A DNA stretch of 64,000 nt, taken from NCBI GenBank assembly GCA_001643675.2, contig LSRY02000052.1, positions 569,479 to 633,478 on the forward strand, read 5' to 3'. The translations under genes were made by a program, and so were the position numbers. The notes under the pieces are model-generated. The model had not been told where the DNA came from. It saw only the letters and a list, made by a program, of their open reading frames with translations, and made no database searches. Below, one piece after another: positions 1 to 12,689 of the stretch. This stretch comes from Monocercomonoides exilis PA203 (lineage: Eukaryota > Protista > Preaxostyla). Each line of letters starts with the position of its first letter. Position 1 is the first letter of the stretch.

Positions 1-1449
1 ATGTCTTCATCTGCAATTCCTTCTACTTCTTTCCCTTCTTCTACTCAGCCATAATTTTTATTTTTATTTTTTTACTCTCTTTTTATTGTATTCACTTCAC
101 AATTATTAATGTTTGTGTTATTTTGCTTTTTTTTTTATTCACATATTATGTTTTTTAAATCAAATGAAGTCACAATCACAACAAACAAAAATTATGATAC
201 GAATCACTTGAAAATATGATATAGGATTGTTAAGTCCAAATGATTAAATGATGATCTTAATAAGTGTTTCATTCATTTTTTCTTTCAAAAAGTTTTTTTT
301 TTTTTTTTTTTTTTTTTCATTTCATCAAATTAATGCGCATTTGATAATTGTATCAGAAACGGTAAATTATTTGATTTTTGAAAAAACAATTATACGCAAA
401 CTAGTTTTATCTTTTTTAAAAATTTTATTGGATTTCAAAGAAGATGAAATGAAAGGCTTAATAAACCAAAAGCAATTGATGATACGAACTTATGCCAAAT
501 ATAGAAATCCAAAGCATTGCTAAAAACAATTATAACTAATAAAAATAAAAAACATATTTAAAATTCTTCAAAAGCAACTATAATGCTATTTGTCTAAAGA
601 TCAATATTGTGTAAAAAATGAAAGCAAAATTTTTAAAAAAAAGCAAGTTTATAAGATACAATGCAGATTAAGTTGGGAAATTTGAATTAATTGAGGTTTT
701 TTAAATAAACCTCTATTAATTTGAATTATGTCCACTTAATTCAGATAAAAGGACAAAAATTTGAAATCACCATCCAAATTCAAATTAGAAAAGATCATTC
801 AAATAAATAATAATTGTGGGAAAGGAAAATAAAACAAACAAAAAACACTAATAAAAACAAAGTGTAAATAACAGAAAAATCAAACCTTTTTTGACGGTCT
901 TATTAAACAAACCTTGATAATTCAATAGAAGCTTGTTTTCACGCAAAAATTAAATAAATATTAAATAAATAATTTGTTAATAAAGTGAAATTATAATTTG
1001 TTTTGAGTTTTGTGTGAAGAATGATTCACTTTGAAGATAATTTTTATAGTTTTTGCATAAATAATAAAAAGAAAACAACAATATTCTGTAAATTCTGAAG
1101 AATATATTTGTTTCGTGAGTGTGTTTTATTATACAGAATGCATAAACACTTTTTGCATAAAATGGTTATGTTAAAGTTGCAGAATCGTAGGTCTATTTTC
1201 TTTTCATTTTTCATTTTCCTTATTTCCTCATTTTTTCACTCATTTTCTCTTTTGCTGTAATCTCATAATTTCCAAATGATCTTTCTCTTTTTCTTAAATT
1301 AAGCCTCTCTCTTTCTCATAACTTCACGCATCTTCTTTATTTTCGTTATCAATTCTCTCTTCATTTTCATACATCATCCCCGGAAAATCTCTAATGCCAA
1401 CTTCTTTGAAAAGAAGTACATTTTCTTCCTTTCGCCTTTGCATCTATTT

Positions 1450-3310
1450 TTAGAAGCATCCCACATTCTCTGTAATTTTTTCCGCTTTTATTTTCTCGAT
1501 ATCCGTTTTCCTTTCGCTCACAGAGCAGCTGGAGAAATTGGTGTTGCTCGCCGAAAACGAGTTGGCAGAGGCAGATGAGGCGAATGAGATGCACCCGTCA
1601 TTGGTGGGAGTCTGTTGGTTTTGTGGAGCTGAGTTGATGTTGGTGATGGTGCAGTTGGCGAGGGAGAGGGAGAGGGCGGGAGAGGTGGCAGAAGAGAGAA
1701 CACAGCTGGCGGGGGAGGCTGCGGAGGTGATGTCGGTGATGTTGGAGGAGTTGATGGTGAGGGGAGCTGTGAGGGAGGCGAGGTGGAAGATGCTCTGGCT
1801 GTTGAGGGCGAGACTGGTGATTGTTGTGTGGTTGAGGACGAGGGAGCCAGCAGTGAGGAAGAAGAGGGATGTGGTGATTGATGATGAAGATGGGGTTGTC
1901 CCAGTGATAGTGGTTGTGTTGAGGTTGAGGGAAGGGGAGTTTTGGGAGAGGTGGAAGAGGATGGGGGTGATTTGGTTTGAGGAGTTGTGGGCGATGGCGA
2001 GGGCAGAGACTGTGAGGGAGCCCTGGGTCTGTTGGAAGAGGGAAGACGAGGCAGATGTATCAGTGGATGATGAAGGAGAGGAAGAAGAAGATGATGATAA
2101 CAATGATGATAACAATGATGTTGATTGTGATGACTGTGAATATGAGTTTGATGGTTGGAGAATGCTACTGGAGGTGATGGTGGTGGCAGTTGTTCCATTT
2201 CCAGTGATTTTTGTATTTGGGGCACGGAAGGAAAGTGTTTGAGCGGGAGTGAAAATGGAGCTGAGGAGAGTGAGGGAGGCATCACTGAAGGGAGCAATGC
2301 ATCCGAGAGTATACTCCACTGTGGCACAGGAGCTTTGCTGTGTTTTGCCACAGGCATCGACATCACTTCCACCATTTGAGACTATTTTGTTCTGGTTGAT
2401 GATTGGAAGCCAACTGTTGTACACATCACTATCAGCTTTTCCATTATTATACACTCTTTTTGTTGGAGTTGTTGAACCACATTGCTGGAATGGGGATAGG
2501 GTTATGCTGCTGCCATTGAAGAATACATCATTCCCTCTGCCATTAGTTGCAATATTTCCATCGAAGAAACAAAATATGATGAATCTGATTTCATTCATCC
2601 AAGTGAAGGTGTTTGTGCAACAAAGCCCAGCTCCTCCCCATGAAGTTGAAGTTGATGTCAATTTGTTATTTATAAACTGACAATCATTGACCAAAAATTG
2701 ACTTGGTTTGTTGCTTGGAGGCCAATTAAATGTTAAAGAACCAGCTGCATCACCACCAGAATTAGCAATGCACTTGCATTTGGTGAACAGGAATTGACAA
2801 GTTGAAGTCATATTATTGAGCCAGAAATACCAACCCGTTCCACACCAATATGTTATTGAGCAACTTTCAACTCTGTTTTCCGAAATGTGATAAATAGAAT
2901 TCGTTTGCGGATACCATGTGTGAACTGCTCCTCCATGAGCAGCTGAACAGCTTGTGAAATTGGATTTTGTGATATCAATTTTTAACAAACTATCGCAATA
3001 TAACGCTCCACCATGGCCATTACCTGTGCATGAACAATTATTGAATGAACAAGAAATGATTGTGAGATTTGCATTTGTGCAACTCACTTTAAGTGCGCCT
3101 CCATGATCACTTCCGCTATTAGAATCATTCCATTCGCACCATTCAAAGCGATGACTGTTTTCATTGAATGAGTCTAATCTGCCTGGTGTTTTTCTTTTAT
3201 TTTCAGATCCAATATGCACCACAGCAGCATTTGGTGAAGGGCGTGTTTGGTGCAGGAAAGAGGAGTTGAAGGCGGAGAGAGAAGTGGATTGGCTGTTGAG
3301 GGAAGTAATG
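1450..3310 (-). pseudogene. Fragment of a Cys/Ser/Thr-rich, beta-helix-type (Pmp/pectin-lyase-like) putative surface protein
   Basis: 590-aa ORF with GGAL/GGAV and FxxC repeats (HGGALKV, HGGALYC, HGGAVH, GRGNDVFF, CGxxxxxCxT). The frame is closed upstream by a stop near 3315, and composition changes abruptly after CSVSE (~1520), suggesting truncation. Confidence 0.55.
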
Positions 3311-4346
3311 ATTGATCATTTGATAGTGTTCTGAATGTGTCGGAAGAGAAATCTGTTGATGGGGACGCGAAAATAAATAAATGTGATCAAAGAAATAAAA
3401 TATCTGTTTGCGAGTAATCCTGAGGATGAAGAGAGTTAAAAATATGGAGCATCAAAAAATAAAAAGGTTTATAGAATTCGGAACACGAAAGAAAAAATGT
3501 GTAATCGGCTAAATAATTAGATAAATATCGAAAAAGAAAATTTTGAAATAATATAAAATGTTCTTCATAAAAAACTAAATCTTGAAAAAAAAACCATATA
3601 TACCTTTTAATATTTATCGATTTATCTATTTCACGTAAATGATTAAAGGTATTGTTTTTCAACAAGGTGAAAAATGAAAAACAACATTGTTTGAAAATTG
3701 CTGTTGCTTAAAACAAAAAAAAAGCAGTAATTACCTTATGAGTGCTGAACAAAATGGCACAGAAGTTGTTGTTGATGTTACAGTTATTAAGAAACAGTTT
3801 GCAATTGCGAAGAAATAAACCAAAAATTTGATGAAGCTTTTATGATTTGTATATTGGGAAAAATGAATTTTTAATTGTTAAAACCATACATACTCGCATT
3901 ATTAAACTCATGTTTTCAATAACATAAGTTAAAATAGCATTTTAAACGAATTATCGAATTATTCTATTTTTTCGAAGTTGATTATTGAAAGATCAAAATT
4001 TTATGCAAAAAGAAAATCGAAATGAACTTTTGTATTTTATATCAATCTTTTATGAAAATAATTAATTGCAATCTACTTTCATATTTGGAACATTCAATTC
4101 AAAATAGGATGTAGATTTTAAAAATAAGCAAGTCAATTCAAATAAACAGGGGTTATTTTAAATAACCCCCACAATTTTAAATTATTTTTTCTATTTGAAT
4201 AATTTGATTCAATCTGCATTGTATCTATAAATTAAAAGATTGAATTCTACAACTCAATCCCACTTTTTGACATCTTTTATTCTCGCTTTCATTTATCCTG
4301 TTTCCTTAAACCTGCCTGGCATCTCCATTTTTCCTCATAGAAAAAA

Positions 4347-5620
4347 TCAATCTGGTTTATATCGAAAAGAAAGCTCAATATCATCCCATCCTTCTTCTTC
4401 CAACATTTCTAAAATTTTACTTTGAAAACTTCGAAGATGCCTCAAGGTGTATGTGCTGTATAATTCAGTGGCAAGTGAAAGGAAATTCATACATTGTATT
4501 TTAACCCTTTCTGTCTGTGTCGGCCGACGTAATATGTTCAAGCACAGAGAGGCTACTCCTCCTCTTATTTTATAATCAATGGTTATTGTGTGCGAGTAAT
4601 CAAAGTCAATGTCTTTATTATTTGATATTAGCTCAAAACAATCGTAAAATGTCCACATATCAAAATATGAAACAATCACGCACAGCCTCGCAATGCAATT
4701 AATCACCAACATTTTATCCCAGTTCCCAAGCACATTGCATAAAAAGTACATATGAATGATTTCGCACCATTTCTTCACAAGATCCGCATAGTCCCTTCGC
4801 TCTTCCTCAAATCTCGTTCTTTTCCACAGCTCTTCTTGTTCCATCTCTTCAACCACCATTATTGCTTCTCTCAAAAAGTTAAGCTTAGTTGCAATAAAGT
4901 AGCCTATTTTTTTGTTGTAATACATTCTATTGAACAGAAAAATACAAGCAAATAGATTCTCGAAAGGAGTGAGACAGCGATGCTCTTGTCGAAATCTAAT
5001 TATCTCTCTCATTTTACTCCTGTATAATTTTGCATCCACTTTCTACAACCTAAAGCATATGAAAGTTTATTGAAATTGTCAATTAAAATGCTCTAAACAT
5101 ACGTGTATCTTGCTGAAGTTGGACAAGCCCATCAATCCTATAATCACTACTTTTTCCTTATCCTTCTTTTCCATAATCTCCAATGTAATCTTTAATATAC
5201 ATGGTACGCAAATAGAAACTATCTCATCTGCTATGTGCCTGTTGTAACTTAACGCTAAATAGCATTTGCAAAGCTCAAACATGTTGTTTTCATTCTCTTT
5301 ATCCTTTAGCTTCTCTTCATCACGAATCATGTTCTCCAATGTGACACGCAAATGGGAACAATAGAATTGAAATCGCTACGCATCTTTCTTTATTACCCAG
5401 AATCCAATTATCTTCAAAAGCAAAAACATGTTTTTCAAATTTTCTTTCTTTTTCTCAATCATATCGTTAATTTTTTTCTGAATTTTATCTGAAATAACTG
5501 TTTCAATTTCAAAGCTGCTCATGTTTTCCATTAAAATATAATGTCTCTATTACAGAAGTCTGTTCAACAGAAGTGCAATTATTAAGTTCATCAAGGAGTT
5601 CTTAAAAATTATGTGAATAA
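4347..5620 (-). pseudogene. Degraded member of a lineage-specific multicopy helical-repeat family (related copy at 42.0-43.5 kb)
   Basis: Split ORFs 4347-5039 and 5079-5351 with motifs ELCKCYLAL, ICVPCILKI and EMLEEEGWDD, which align by eye with DLCECYLIL, VCFRSLLVV and MEEERYDD at 42-43 kb. Confidence 0.6.
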
Positions 5621-5646
5621 CAAATAAATATTTGAATATCAAATTA

Positions 5647-7529
5647 CCATTGGTGGAAAACCCGGTAGGTGGTGGAAAACCCGGTAGCTAACACTCGAAA
5701 TAGTCAGTTTTTTTCATTGAAAAAGCTATCTCATTTTATTTTAAATATTTTTATTTTTGTTTTGGAAGATGTTTGTGAATATAAAATTTTATGTTTATAA
5801 AAAAACTTTTCGAAATTCGTTGAGAATATTTTTTTCTATAATTTGATCAAAAGCATTAAAATATAAAAATAATACAAAAATCTCAGCTACAGTGTGTAGT
5901 TCATGTATGCCGAAAATATTTCATTAAGCCATTAATAATAAATTATATTTCTCTATTATACAACTATTATTTTTAGTGAACGGGCACGCCAGATACATGC
6001 TTTGATTGGAACTTGCATTTTTGGAAGTCAAACATTTCATATGCAAGTTAACAGTTTGTTATTTTTTTAATGTTATGCACTTTATTATTTTTTGCTATTC
6101 TCTTAGTTAAAAATACAAATTCATGCTTTTTAGCTGATTTGACGATTGCATATTTTTATTTGAGTTTGTCAGTGTTAAATATTTCATGGCTTTTACGATT
6201 GAACAATATTGTGTAGAAAATACTAACTTCTTGAGATTATTCAATTTTTAAAACATTTTAATAAGTTGATTCTAATATTTTTGACTTTTATCATTTTTAA
6301 TAATTTGACGATAAGTTTGTTAAATGTTTGTTTCAAGTTCCAATTTTGTCTCTATTTATTTTTAAGTGTTATAAAGTAAATTTTGAATGTAATTATCACT
6401 TTAAATTTTTTTTAACGATATTGATAAAACAGTAGATATTTAATATATGTTTTTTACAAAATCACTAAATAAACATGGTTTCCGTCCATTTTCTAAAGAA
6501 TGTTGAACAAAAATGTGCAATAATTATTAATTACTTCAGTTTTTAATTAATAATGATATCTGCAAAACCGATTTATCAACAAATATTTGAAATTCAACAA
6601 TCATGAGTTTTGAAATGCCACGTTGAAATTATTGTTATCACTCACTGGACAATAAAAATAATATGTTGAAATAACATATTGCCAATATTTGTTGAAAATT
6701 AATTGAAAAATCTCAAAATCTTAAATCTATTAATTAATAAAAATATATATATACAAATAAAATTTTAATAGCATTTAAATAAAAATAACAAAATAAATAA
6801 CATCGTTTGTATATTATGTATTTTCAACTTGCCAAACATATAGAAACAAAATTGGAACTTGAAACAAACATTTAACAAACTTATCGTCAAATTATTAAAA
6901 ATGATAAAAGTCAAAAATATTAGAATCAACTTATTAAAATGTTTTAAAAATTGAATAATCTCAAGAAGTTAGTATTTTCTACACAATATTGTTCAATCGT
7001 AAAAGCCATGAAATATTTAACACTGACAAACTCAAATAAAAATATGCAATCGTCAAATCAGCTAAAAAGCATGAATTTGTATTTTTAACTAAGAGAATAG
7101 CAAAAAATAATAAAGTGCATAACATTAAAAAAATAACAAACTGTTAACTTGCATATGAAATGTTTGACTTCCAAAAATGCAAGTTCCAATCAAAGCATGT
7201 ATCTGGCGTGCCCGTTCACTAAAAATAATAGTTGTATAATAGAGAAATATAATTTATTATTAATGGCTTAATGAAATATTTTCGGCATACATGAACTACA
7301 CACTGTAGCTGAGATTTTTGTATTATTTTTATATTTTAATGCTTTTGATCAAATTATAGAAAAAAATATTCTCAACGAATTTCGAAAAGTTTTTTTATAA
7401 ACATAAAATTTTATATTCACAAACATCTTCCAAAACAAAAATAAAAATATTTAAAATAAAATGAGATAGCTTTTTCAATGAAAAAAACTGACTATTTCGA
7501 GTGTTAGCTACCGGGTTTTCCACCAATGG
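5647..7529. mobile_element. Non-autonomous foldback DNA transposon (Tc1/mariner-pogo type) with ~700-bp TIRs and TA target duplication
   Basis: Ends TA|CCATTGGTGGAAAACCCGGTAG ... CTACCGGGTTTTCCACCAATGG|TA. 5647-~6355 is the near-perfect reverse complement of ~6840-7529, with a ~480-bp AT-rich spacer and no ORF. Confidence 0.9.
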
Positions 7530-7733
7530 TATTGGGGATATTAAAATGAATGAAAAACCTGAAAATAACTTATCTATGTTGTTCAAATTCTCATTTAAAA
7601 CAAAATATTGATCTATTCAACAATTATTAGGGTCATAGTTTTATCTTGACATTTTGTTTTTTATCAAGACCTTTTTTTTTTGTTTAATCAGTATCTTTTC
7701 CCACAATTTCATATTTGAAAAGAATTTTAAGTA

Positions 7734-7994
7734 CATGGGTGATTATTTTTGAAATCATATCTTTTTTCGGGGTGTCTGTTTTTTGAGATTGTCAGATAAA
7801 TAAAAGAAAATTTTAATTCAAAAGTGAAAAAGCATGATAAATGTTTTTAAAACAAATGGTTTTTCGGAATCAAAGATTAAAATGTTAACAATAAGCCTTT
7901 TCACATTTTTGTCATTATTTCCATATATTCAAGTGTAATTTTTGAACCGAAATTTTTGAACGAAAAAATATGATTTCAAAAATAATCACCCATA
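7734..7994. mobile_element. MITE nested in element A (mirror copy at ~17544-17804)
   Basis: ATGGGTGATTATTTTTGAAATCATAT (7735-7760) and its exact reverse complement (7968-7993). TA flanks at 7732-33 and 7995-96. Confidence 0.65.
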
Positions 7995-8276
7995 TATGTG
8001 AATTCAATAGATAAAAATAAATACATTTTGAAACAAACACAATTTCGCATGGGGGGAAGATGGGGGGTTAGGCTCCTTCATTGAACTTCTGTGTAGAATT
8101 GGAGGGTTACATGTGGCATAAAACCTTCAGTTTGTTAAAAATGTTATTTTTCGATTTTTTTTCATATAATTTCAATTAAAAAAATAAAAAATTATTATGA
8201 TCTTAAAAATATTATAAAAAAAATGAAAATATCTACAGAAACAAAATAAAAAGGTCAGAAAAAATTACAGAAAGCA

Positions 8277-9531
8277 ATGTCTTCACGCAAGTACAGGAAT
8301 TATCACAGTCGGCTGGATCGAATGGCTCACATCGTTGTCGATGGAGTTGTTAGCATAATGGATACTATTAATTCCAAGGAATTCAGCCGTACAGGAATAA
8401 AGAAGACAGTTAGAGCGCTGAGAAAAGGAAGGCTGGTTGGAAAAGTTGGCAGACCTGCAACAGTTGTCGGAGAAAAGGAACAAAGAGTTTTAAATATTAT
8501 TCACATTGAAGCAAAGTCTTGAATATGTTGACTTTTAAAAAAACAAGTGAATTGGTTTGTTATATTTTTATTTATATGTTAAAATCATTTGTTTTTCAGA
8601 AGGAAAACGTTAAAAAGACAACGATGATGAAGACGCACCATTTACAGAAGTTTCAATGTCTACGGCATATGGCCTTGTCAAGCATCACCCGGAGCTGAAG
8701 ACTGGAACGCAGAAAAATTTGGACATCAACAGACTGGCTGTTTTGTGCAGAAGCGTTTTTAAACCCTGGTATAAAACATACGACGAGCTGCATGAAAAAT
8801 ACCGTTTCAGTCCAGCTTTAATTGCAAACATCGACGAATCTTCAACGCGCGTTCCCACAGACTCAAAACAGCTTGTTGTGCATACTACAGATACGAAAGC
8901 AGGTTTCACCAAAGAACCGCCAAGAATGATTAATTCCACATTCGTGGCAGCTGTTGCAGCGGACGGATATGCCTTTCCTTCTGTCATTTTGTGGCCAAGT
9001 GTGAAGCTTCCAGAAGAGCTGAAAAGCCTGTTATCTCCAACGCTTGAGATCTGGGCAAATGGAAGCGGCTGGATGGACAACGAGTGCTTTAAAAGGTATG
9101 CTCTTACGATTCTTCTACCTTCGATTATCGAAAGACGAAAGCGCATGTCACTTGAAAATAAACACATTCTTCTCCTTCTTGATTCTCATGTTTCTCGCGC
9201 AGATCCATCAATCTGGCGAGAATTCCAAAAACAACAAGTCGACGTTTTAACCTTCTTTCCACACAGCACACACCTCTGTCAACCACTGCACAGAGGAGTG
9301 TTTGCTGTGTCCAAATCTGAACTGACAAACAGATTTGAAGCTCCATCTTCTTCTTCATCTTCCTCCAAACGAGCAGCAATTTCCGACGCTCTGCCTCAAG
9401 CCATCCACACTGCATTATCTCCTTCTGTAATTCAGAAAGCTTTTGTCTGCAGTGGTGTTCTGCACAATTCTTCTGGGCCAGTTCTTTTGAAACTGCCCGA
9501 ATCTTCGATTTACCCTCTTCTATCCCGATGA
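8277..9531 (+). pseudogene. pogo/Fot1-like (DD35D) transposase pseudogene
   Basis: Motifs NIDESS, LLLLDSHVSR and PHSTHLCQPLHRGVF. The third catalytic D (QPLD) is H, with 35 aa spacing. N-terminal GRP segment is in a separate 81-aa ORF. Probable GT-AG intron 8555-8599. Stops at 8520 and ~8611. Confidence 0.85.
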
Positions 9532-12301
9532 AATAGATTCAACTTTTATGGAAAAGTGATAACCGACGAAAATCTTTTAGAGAAATGGGAAAATCATTTG
9601 AAAATGAATATTGAAAGGAAAAATGAAATGGATGAAAAGGAGAAAGATGAAGTGAAGACTGTTGTGGATGATAAAAAAAAAAAATAAAAAGAAAATTTCG
9701 ACTTGTAAAAAACGATGATTCTGATGATGAAAAGAAAGATTATGCATTCAATAGAGGTGAAGGAAAAAGGAAAGTTATCAGAGGAATTAGTTCTGATTTT
9801 GTATTCTTCTAATTATGTTGTTTTTTTGAACTTTTCACACTTCATTTTTGGGTCAGAATAAAGAAAAAGGGTTAAAATATAATTATTACCCTCTATCATT
9901 AGAAACCTTCTATATTAATGCATTAATATACGAAAAAATTAAAGAATTAAGAAAAATGTGAGAAATAATAAAACGGAACAATACAAATGAAGTGAAAAAT
10001 ATCTTTCCATGTGGCAGTTCCTTTTTTATCAGACTTTCTTTCAAGTTTTGATTTAATCATAAATCTCAATGGAATATTTCTTAAAGAATGAGTTTCCAAA
10101 TACAAACATTTTGCTATGATGCAGTTTTGAATTAAATATATTTAATTTTTTATCCATTTTAAATAAAGATTTTGATCAAAATTTGAATAAAAGAATTATT
10201 GAAAAAAGGATTATCCATCTATTCATGGTGCCAAATAAATTATTATCTAAATTTTGTTTTTTAAAAACAAACTTTAAGATGAATCTATATTGAATCATAT
10301 TAATTGAGGAGTTGATAAACCTTCACCTTTCTATTAATTTAGCAGTGTGATTGAGAAATATTTTATTAACATTTTAATATGAATAACTCTTTTATACGAA
10401 AAAAGTTCAAGAAATAATTCGCACGCAGAATATTTTTTTTTGTTTAAAAAAACTTTTTTTCTCATTTTTTAATCGTGTCATTTTTCATTGAAATAAATTG
10501 AATAAAAGACAATTTTTGAGAAACTGTAAATTTTTCATTGAAGTAATTTTGTTATCTTGTTTTTCACTCGTTTTGAAAGAATGATAAAGAAATAATTTAT
10601 TAAAAAAAATAAACTTCAAACACTTAAAAAATATTTTTTTTGTTGAAGTTGAAAAATTTATTTGTTTTCAAATATCACATTTAAATTTAAATTACTCCTC
10701 TGTAATAATGATGTGGTCAACCCGCACATTTGCATAAACCCGCACACTTTGGTTTTGATGAAAGTTCAGACTGGATATATTTGAAAAATCAATTCGAATT
10801 TTTTTGTAAACATTTCTTGATGAGAGAAAAAATCCGCTATAAATAATATTTCATGTTGGGTCAGCTTTGATCTTTAAACTTGATCCTCTCTTTTTCCTCC
10901 ACTATCTTTTGTTTTTGTATCATATTAACTAACAGTTGAAATGGAAAAAAACAATATTAGTGGAAATATTCTTTTGTCTTTATTGTTCAAATTGTTTTTT
11001 AAAAGTGAAAATCAAAAAAGATATAGCAAAAGCCAAGAAAATGAATATCTTTTCAAAACGTTTATTAAAAAATCGTTGTCGTTGATTTCGATCCATAAAG
11101 TATTTATCAGCGTAGTGCAAAATCAACTGTGCAAAAAAGCTGATGCACTATTTTGCATAATGTGCTGTCCTTGAAGAGACTTTAACATAACTTAAGAAAA
11201 GGAAACTGATAAATAAAATAAAGAATAATACCACACAAAATTTGGATGTTTTTCGTTTTATCACTTCACCACAGAAAGAACGAACAATTTTTGTTTTTTT
11301 AGTAAATTATCAAAACAAATTATGGTTTTTGTCCCATGAAATATATTTATTCCAAAAATTTAAAATAAATATCTTGTAAAAGTGTTTTCAATGATATCTC
11401 TTCTCGCAACGATTATTTAACAATTAATAATTAATTCAATGTTACGTTCTGATATTCGAGAATGAGCAAAAATGTTTGATTTTATTCTTGGCATTATAAA
11501 TATTATTAATTTTTTATTCTGAACATGAATAGAAAATAGGCAAGAGTGAGATGATTAACAATTATTCGAAAAAAAGATTTGAAACTCAAAAAAAATGAAA
11601 GGACTAGAAAATAACGAAATTATTTTTCTAATAAAGAAAATTTCATTCAATGCAATAATTAAATCAAATTTGCTATTTGTTCTCGTAGTGCCGAATTATT
11701 ACAGCTGAAAATTAATCCTCATAAAAGCCAGAACGAATGGTGTGACATTTGATTGATTTTTTTATTAATTTAATGAAAAATAACTTTTTTTTTTACTTTT
11801 TTTATGATAATTATGGCGTTTTGGTTTGTTTTTCTTCGATATAAGAGAATTCTCTTTTTTCACATATCATTTTTTGTTTTCATTTGAAAAATGGCAAACA
11901 TTGGTTAACTTATAGCTATATGAAGCACTATTCACTTTTAATCAAGAAATGAATGATTTCACCTCGAGATTTGCCATGGATTAAACAAAAAATCATCGTT
12001 GTTGTTTCAAACACTATCAAATCAAAGTGACATTTGCACTATTCAAGAGGTGATAATTATGTGGATATGAGAAAGGCCGAAACATGATAAATATGGAAAA
12101 TTCTTTTTGAAAAGTCGCAAATGAATTATTTTCAAATAAAAAAAAATAAACATATTTTTATAAAATATTTGTCCGCGAACATCAAACTTCTCTAATGTAA
12201 AATCTATTTCTGGATAATGCTATTTCAAACATTCTTAAGAAGATTAGTGAGTGGAAACAGAAATTTGAGCTAAATATGAAAATTTCGGTTTTTTTTGATA
12301 A

Positions 12302-12547
12302 TTGGGTAAATCTTTTTGAAAAATCGCAAATGTTTAATTTACAAATAAATCAAAAATTTCATATTTTGCTCAAATTTTTGTTTCCACTTTCGAAACTTCT
12401 TTAGAATGTGTGAAATAGCACAATCCTTTTATAGATTCCATATTAGTGAAGTTTATGTGTTTACCAACGAAAATTTGAGCAAAATATGAAATTTCTGATT
12501 TATTTGTAAAATAAATATTTTGCGACTTTTCAAAAAGAATCACCCAA
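12302..12547. mobile_element. MITE with ~77-bp imperfect TIRs nested in element B
   Basis: 12302-12378 is reverse-complementary to ~12470-12547. Extra partial copies of TTCTTTTTGAAAAGTCGCAAATG at ~12100 and ~12553. Confidence 0.7.
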
Positions 12548-12689
12548 ATATACATTTGCGACTTTTCAAAAAGAATTACACATTTTTTCTAATTGATTGT
12601 GTTATTTTGAAGCAGTATTGTTATTATTTTCGATGAAATGAAAACATTGTGAATTGATTTTTTAAAAACAATTATTCGATCATTCTTGT

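Larger units (their letters stand above)
7630..9891 (+). mobile_element. pogo/Fot1-like DNA transposon, element A copy 1 (inactive)
   Basis: DDE_1-type transposase remnants. Imperfect GGG...CCC termini. Near-identical inverted copy at 15648-17908. Confidence 0.85.

Noticed and set aside
1518-2680. Overlapping ORFs of 285, 234 and 143 aa
   Set aside because: Shadows of the stop-poor, strand-biased Ser/Thr-rich part of the 590-aa ORF.
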